Shown: piece by piece, positions 59,337-64,000 of the stretch
Numbering within the stretch: the first letter of the stretch is position 1
Layout of the letters: every line of letters starts with the position of its first letter
Assembly (NCBI GenBank): GCA_964016885.1
Contig: OZ024752.1
Location: 42,222,001-42,286,000 of the forward strand
Direction: 5' to 3'
Length of the DNA stretch: 64,000 nucleotides
From: Eledone cirrhosa
Taxonomy: Eukaryota
Translations under genes and position numbers: made by a program
Notes under the pieces: model-generated
What the model saw: only the letters and a program-made list of their open reading frames with translations
Told to the model about the DNA's origin: nothing
Databases searched by the model: none

Positions 59337-59340
<4 letters not shown>
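59011..59340. repeat. Fold-back palindrome in (TA)n with a hammerhead-like motif at its centre
   Basis: Arms of ~150-180 bp are near-perfect reverse complements differing mainly in (AGT)n length. The centre contains CTGAAGA-TCCGCACAAGGT-GAAA-CATTTG-TT-CTCGG. Confidence 0.8.
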
Positions 59341-59373
<33 letters not shown>

Positions 59374-59906
59374 TGATAATAAGGGCGCTGCGGAGTTGCA
59401 AATGGGTTACATATGAAAAAAGTTTGTCCTTCATCAGTGATCTTCCAACTATCATAGGCATTTCATCGCTTTAAAGACCATATACCTCCGGTTGGTGCGA
59501 GCAACGGCTAAAAAAAGTCGTTGGGACACGTAAATAAAGGGGACGCGAGGGTAAACAAACAAAATGGTGAGGCAACAGAAAGTGAGGAAGAAGGAGACAA
59601 GTCCCAGATTTCTATGAATTTAAGTTCGGTGAAATCGTGAACGAGAGAATAAAGACCATCAAACCTGGTTGAAATGTGAGCAAGGAAGGAATTTCGCACA
59701 GGTCTAACGGATATATATATATATATATATATATAATAACAGGGAACGTTTCCACGAACCAAAGTATCGTCTTCTTGTCTTCCTCCGGTTGCAACGTTTT
59801 TTGAAATATCCACTTCTACGTTTACAGATTGACTTTGTTTGTTTCAGAAGATCCCGTTAAGGGTGAAAGCAGCGATTCTTTGCTTAAACTTTAATCTGTT
59901 ATTTTA

Positions 59907-59972
<66 letters not shown>

Positions 59973-60096
59973 AGGAGGTGAGTTTTATTGTAGTACAATA
60001 AAGCAATGCAGATATCGGATAAGAAGCACTCTACAGTTTGTAAGACTGGAGTATACATAAAAAATACATGGAACTCATTTAACCATCTTTTGATCT

Positions 60097-60153
<57 letters not shown>

Positions 60154-60253
60154 AAAAAATGGGGAGAAGAATACTGCAGGTTGCACATGGATAACATGTT
60201 ATAAAATGAGTCCCTCATCAGTGATTTGCCAACGATCATAGATATTTCATTGC

Positions 60254-60292
<39 letters not shown>

Positions 60293-60971
60293 ATATACAA
60301 ACATATACATGATGGCTGCAAACTCTGCTAAGAGTATTGCAATCGCTTGGTGCACTTTTAGGCTACGGCCAGTCACACGAACCTGTAACATATCCTGAAC
60401 AAGCAATGCCTGTGCTTTGAAGGATTTTTAAGTGGGGAAAGGCCTTGCACTCGACCAATCCCACTCTCTGAGCATCGAAAACACTACCCGAAAAGGAGAA
60501 CTGGTCAACATCATCGGATGCTTCCAAAGCCGCGGTGTTTCTTTTCAGAGTTTCCCTCTCTTAGAAAGGTGTTGTGACAAAAACTGAGGGCCTTTCACTC
60601 CCAGGTGAAAAAATAAAGTACTATTTGGATGGCCATTGACTTTGTTGAGTTTCTCCGCCCTTTGCCGGGTCTTGTGTTTCATCCTGCAGGGTGTCCAAAT
60701 ATCAATACATATATATATATATGTATATACATCCCGTTCAATTTTTTACTATACAATACACGCTCCCACGGCTTCCATGCATTTGGAATATACCTTGACT
60801 ACCGGCTCAACCCCGATCTAATCCGCCGTGACCACTCTCTGAACTTTCCACACACCTCTTCCCCACCACCACCCCACTCTCAAGAGCGTGAAACTAATAA
60901 ACCTTTTGTTCGTACTGCCTCTCTGTTTTGTTCCCGTTCAATTTTTTACTATATATATATATATATAAAAA

Positions 60972-61067
<96 letters not shown>

Positions 61068-61667
61068 AGGAACTGTTTCATTGTTTTATTCATTATTTTT
61101 TAATATTTTATATATATATATATATTAATAGCAATAATAATAAATTTGAAGACTAAAATCCAAAGAGGGCACGATAAGGATAAATATATATCAAATATAT
61201 AAGAACCCTAGAGCAAATATTTATTATAATATATATATACGTATATATACTGTATATATATTTATTTATTTATAAAGATATATATATATATTTATTTATT
61301 TATAAAGATATATATATATCTAAACATATATATATATATATACATATAATGTGTGTGTGTATGTGTGTGTACCAAAAACAACGCCATACTCTTAACTGTT
61401 CAACCCAATGTTTTCCTCTGTAGTAAGATTGTGTTGTTGTTTTCTTATCACAAACAATACATATATTCTTTCCTTGTTTATCTTCATAACAAGTAAATAC
61501 ACACCAAACACCGACTTCTGGCTACCGTACACAGGAAACCTACACAGAACCAACATCTTTATACTAACTTAAAGACAAAATTCTATTTAGTTTATATATA
61601 TATATATATATACTTCAAAGACTCCAGTTGCATTTTCAATTTCTTTTCCTGCACACACACACACAGA

Positions 61668-61704
<37 letters not shown>

Positions 61705-61879
61705 CGAAGGAAATGTGGTAAGGAACCAGGTGGACCATAACGCACCAAAGTACTCAATACTTGGGGTAGTAGAGTGGGTAATAGGAACCGGTAAGACCCC
61801 GACGGCTGAGCTCAAGCCGTTTCGACGTCGAATTAGCCGTCGAAACGGCTTGAGCTCAGCCATCGGGGTCTTACCGGTT

Positions 61880-62131
<252 letters not shown>

Positions 62132-62366
62132 ATATATATAAACTTAAAGACAAAATTCTATTTAGTTTATATATATGATATTTACTCTCTCTCTCTATAT
62201 ATATTATATATATATATATATTATATATATATTATATATTTATATTATATATATATTATATATTTATATTATATATATATTATATATATATTTATATATA
62301 TATTATATATATATTATATATATATATTATATATTATACATATATATATTATATATATTATATATT

Positions 62367-62411
<45 letters not shown>

Positions 62412-62429
62412 TATACATATATATATATT

Positions 62430-62468
<39 letters not shown>

Positions 62469-62497
62469 TATACATATATATATATTATATATTATAC

Positions 62498-62528
<31 letters not shown>

Positions 62529-63105
62529 ATATATATTATATATTATACATATATATATATTATATATTATACATATATATATATATTATATATATATATA
62601 TATATTATATATTATACATATATATATATATTATATATATATATTATATATTATACATATATATATATATATATTATATATATATATATATATTATATAT
62701 TATACATATATATATATATATATTATATATATATATATTATATATATATATATTATATATATATATATTATATATTATACATATATATATATATTATATA
62801 TATATTATATATTATATATATATATTATATATTATATATTATATATATATATTATATATATATATATATTATATATATATATATATTATATATTATACAT
62901 ATATATATATTATATATTATACATATATATATATATTATACATATATATATATATTATATATATATTATATATTATATATATATATTATATATTATATAT
63001 ATATATTATATATATATATATATTATATATATATATATTATATATTATACATATATATATATTATATATTATACATATATATATATATTATATATATATA
63101 TATAT

Positions 63106-63148
<43 letters not shown>

Positions 63149-63208
63149 GGAAAAGAAATTGAAAATGCAACTGGAGTCTTTTAAGTATATATATATAATA
63201 ATACATAC

Positions 63209-63247
<39 letters not shown>

Positions 63248-63386
63248 GAACAGATTAAAGTTTAAGCAACCCTTAACGGGATCTTCGCATTTATTATTAC
63301 TATATATATATATACATATATATATGTGTGTGTGTGTATGTGTATATATATGTATATATATATATATATATATGTGTGTATATATG

Positions 63387-63419
<33 letters not shown>

Positions 63420-63783
63420 AGAGAGAGAGACCGTACATACACACACACACATACATTCACACACATACACACACACAAATCTTTGCATGTCCCCCCCCCC
63501 CTTTTTTCTTTATAACGAAGACATTTCTATCTCCTTGGGTTTTGTTAGGCTATAAAGTACTTCAGCCTCAAAGCTATACTTAACCCTTAAACTCTGACTG
63601 AGATCTTTTGAATAACATACTGTTCATTGCCCTCAACGCCATAAGGACTGGTGCTTTACTTTCAAACAACATATCTTTCAGCATAATTACACCCACACAC
63701 ACACACACACACACGCCCACACCCACACCCACACGCACACACCCACATGCAAGCAAGCGCGCACGCACACACACACACACACA

Positions 63784-63883
63784 CAGGGTGTCCCCAAAAA
63801 TGTATACACGTTTTGATTTCTTATATAGGTTATATTTATTAGAATGTTGTTGAAGTGTGTATACATTTTTTGGGGACACCCTG
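63784..63883. mobile_element. 100-bp Tc1/mariner-type MITE
   Basis: TIRs CAGGGTGTCCCCAAAAATGTATACAC and GTGTATACATTTTTTGGGGACACCCTG, lying within (CA)n/(TA)n. The TA target-site duplication is not cleanly preserved. Confidence 0.7.
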
Positions 63884-63885
63884 TG

Positions 63886-63932
<47 letters not shown>

Positions 63933-64000
63933 GGCAAAGATAACCGCGGCGAGATTTGAACTCAGATCATAAAGAGCCGTAACTCTATGCTGCAAAGCAT

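Overview
Eukaryotic, very AT-rich, microsatellite-saturated animal DNA. The repeat landscape ((TA)n/(CA)n tracts, tRNA-derived SINEs, RTE LINE debris) resembles an octopod cephalopod genome, but that is inference. Nearly all ORFs in the six-frame track are simple-repeat artefacts. The one intact gene is a Noggin-family cystine-knot gene with a single coding exon (minus strand, 21114-21866). It has the Cys5-Cys6 insertion typical of the 'noggin-like' subtype and probably a 5'-UTR intron. The most striking hidden structure is a set of short unique-sequence islands embedded in (TA)n tracts. They form several dispersed families, many are fold-back palindromes, and several carry minimal type I hammerhead ribozyme motifs (CTGANGA / stem II / GAAA / palindromic stem III / UH) with unrelated but pairing stem II sequences. 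One motif lies downstream of a GIY-YIG endonuclease remnant, which points to (TA)n-associated Penelope-like retroelements or non-autonomous retrozyme-like derivatives. Also present: collinear, heavily decayed fragments resembling the POLQ helicase domain (about 41.8-47.7 kb, minus), two minisatellites built from RTE-LINE coding sequence, an LTR with a 38-nt tRNA-Trp(CCA) primer-binding site, hAT and Tc1/mariner MITEs, and tandem SINE arrays. All calls are by eye; no searches or folding programs were run, and repeat boundaries are approximate.
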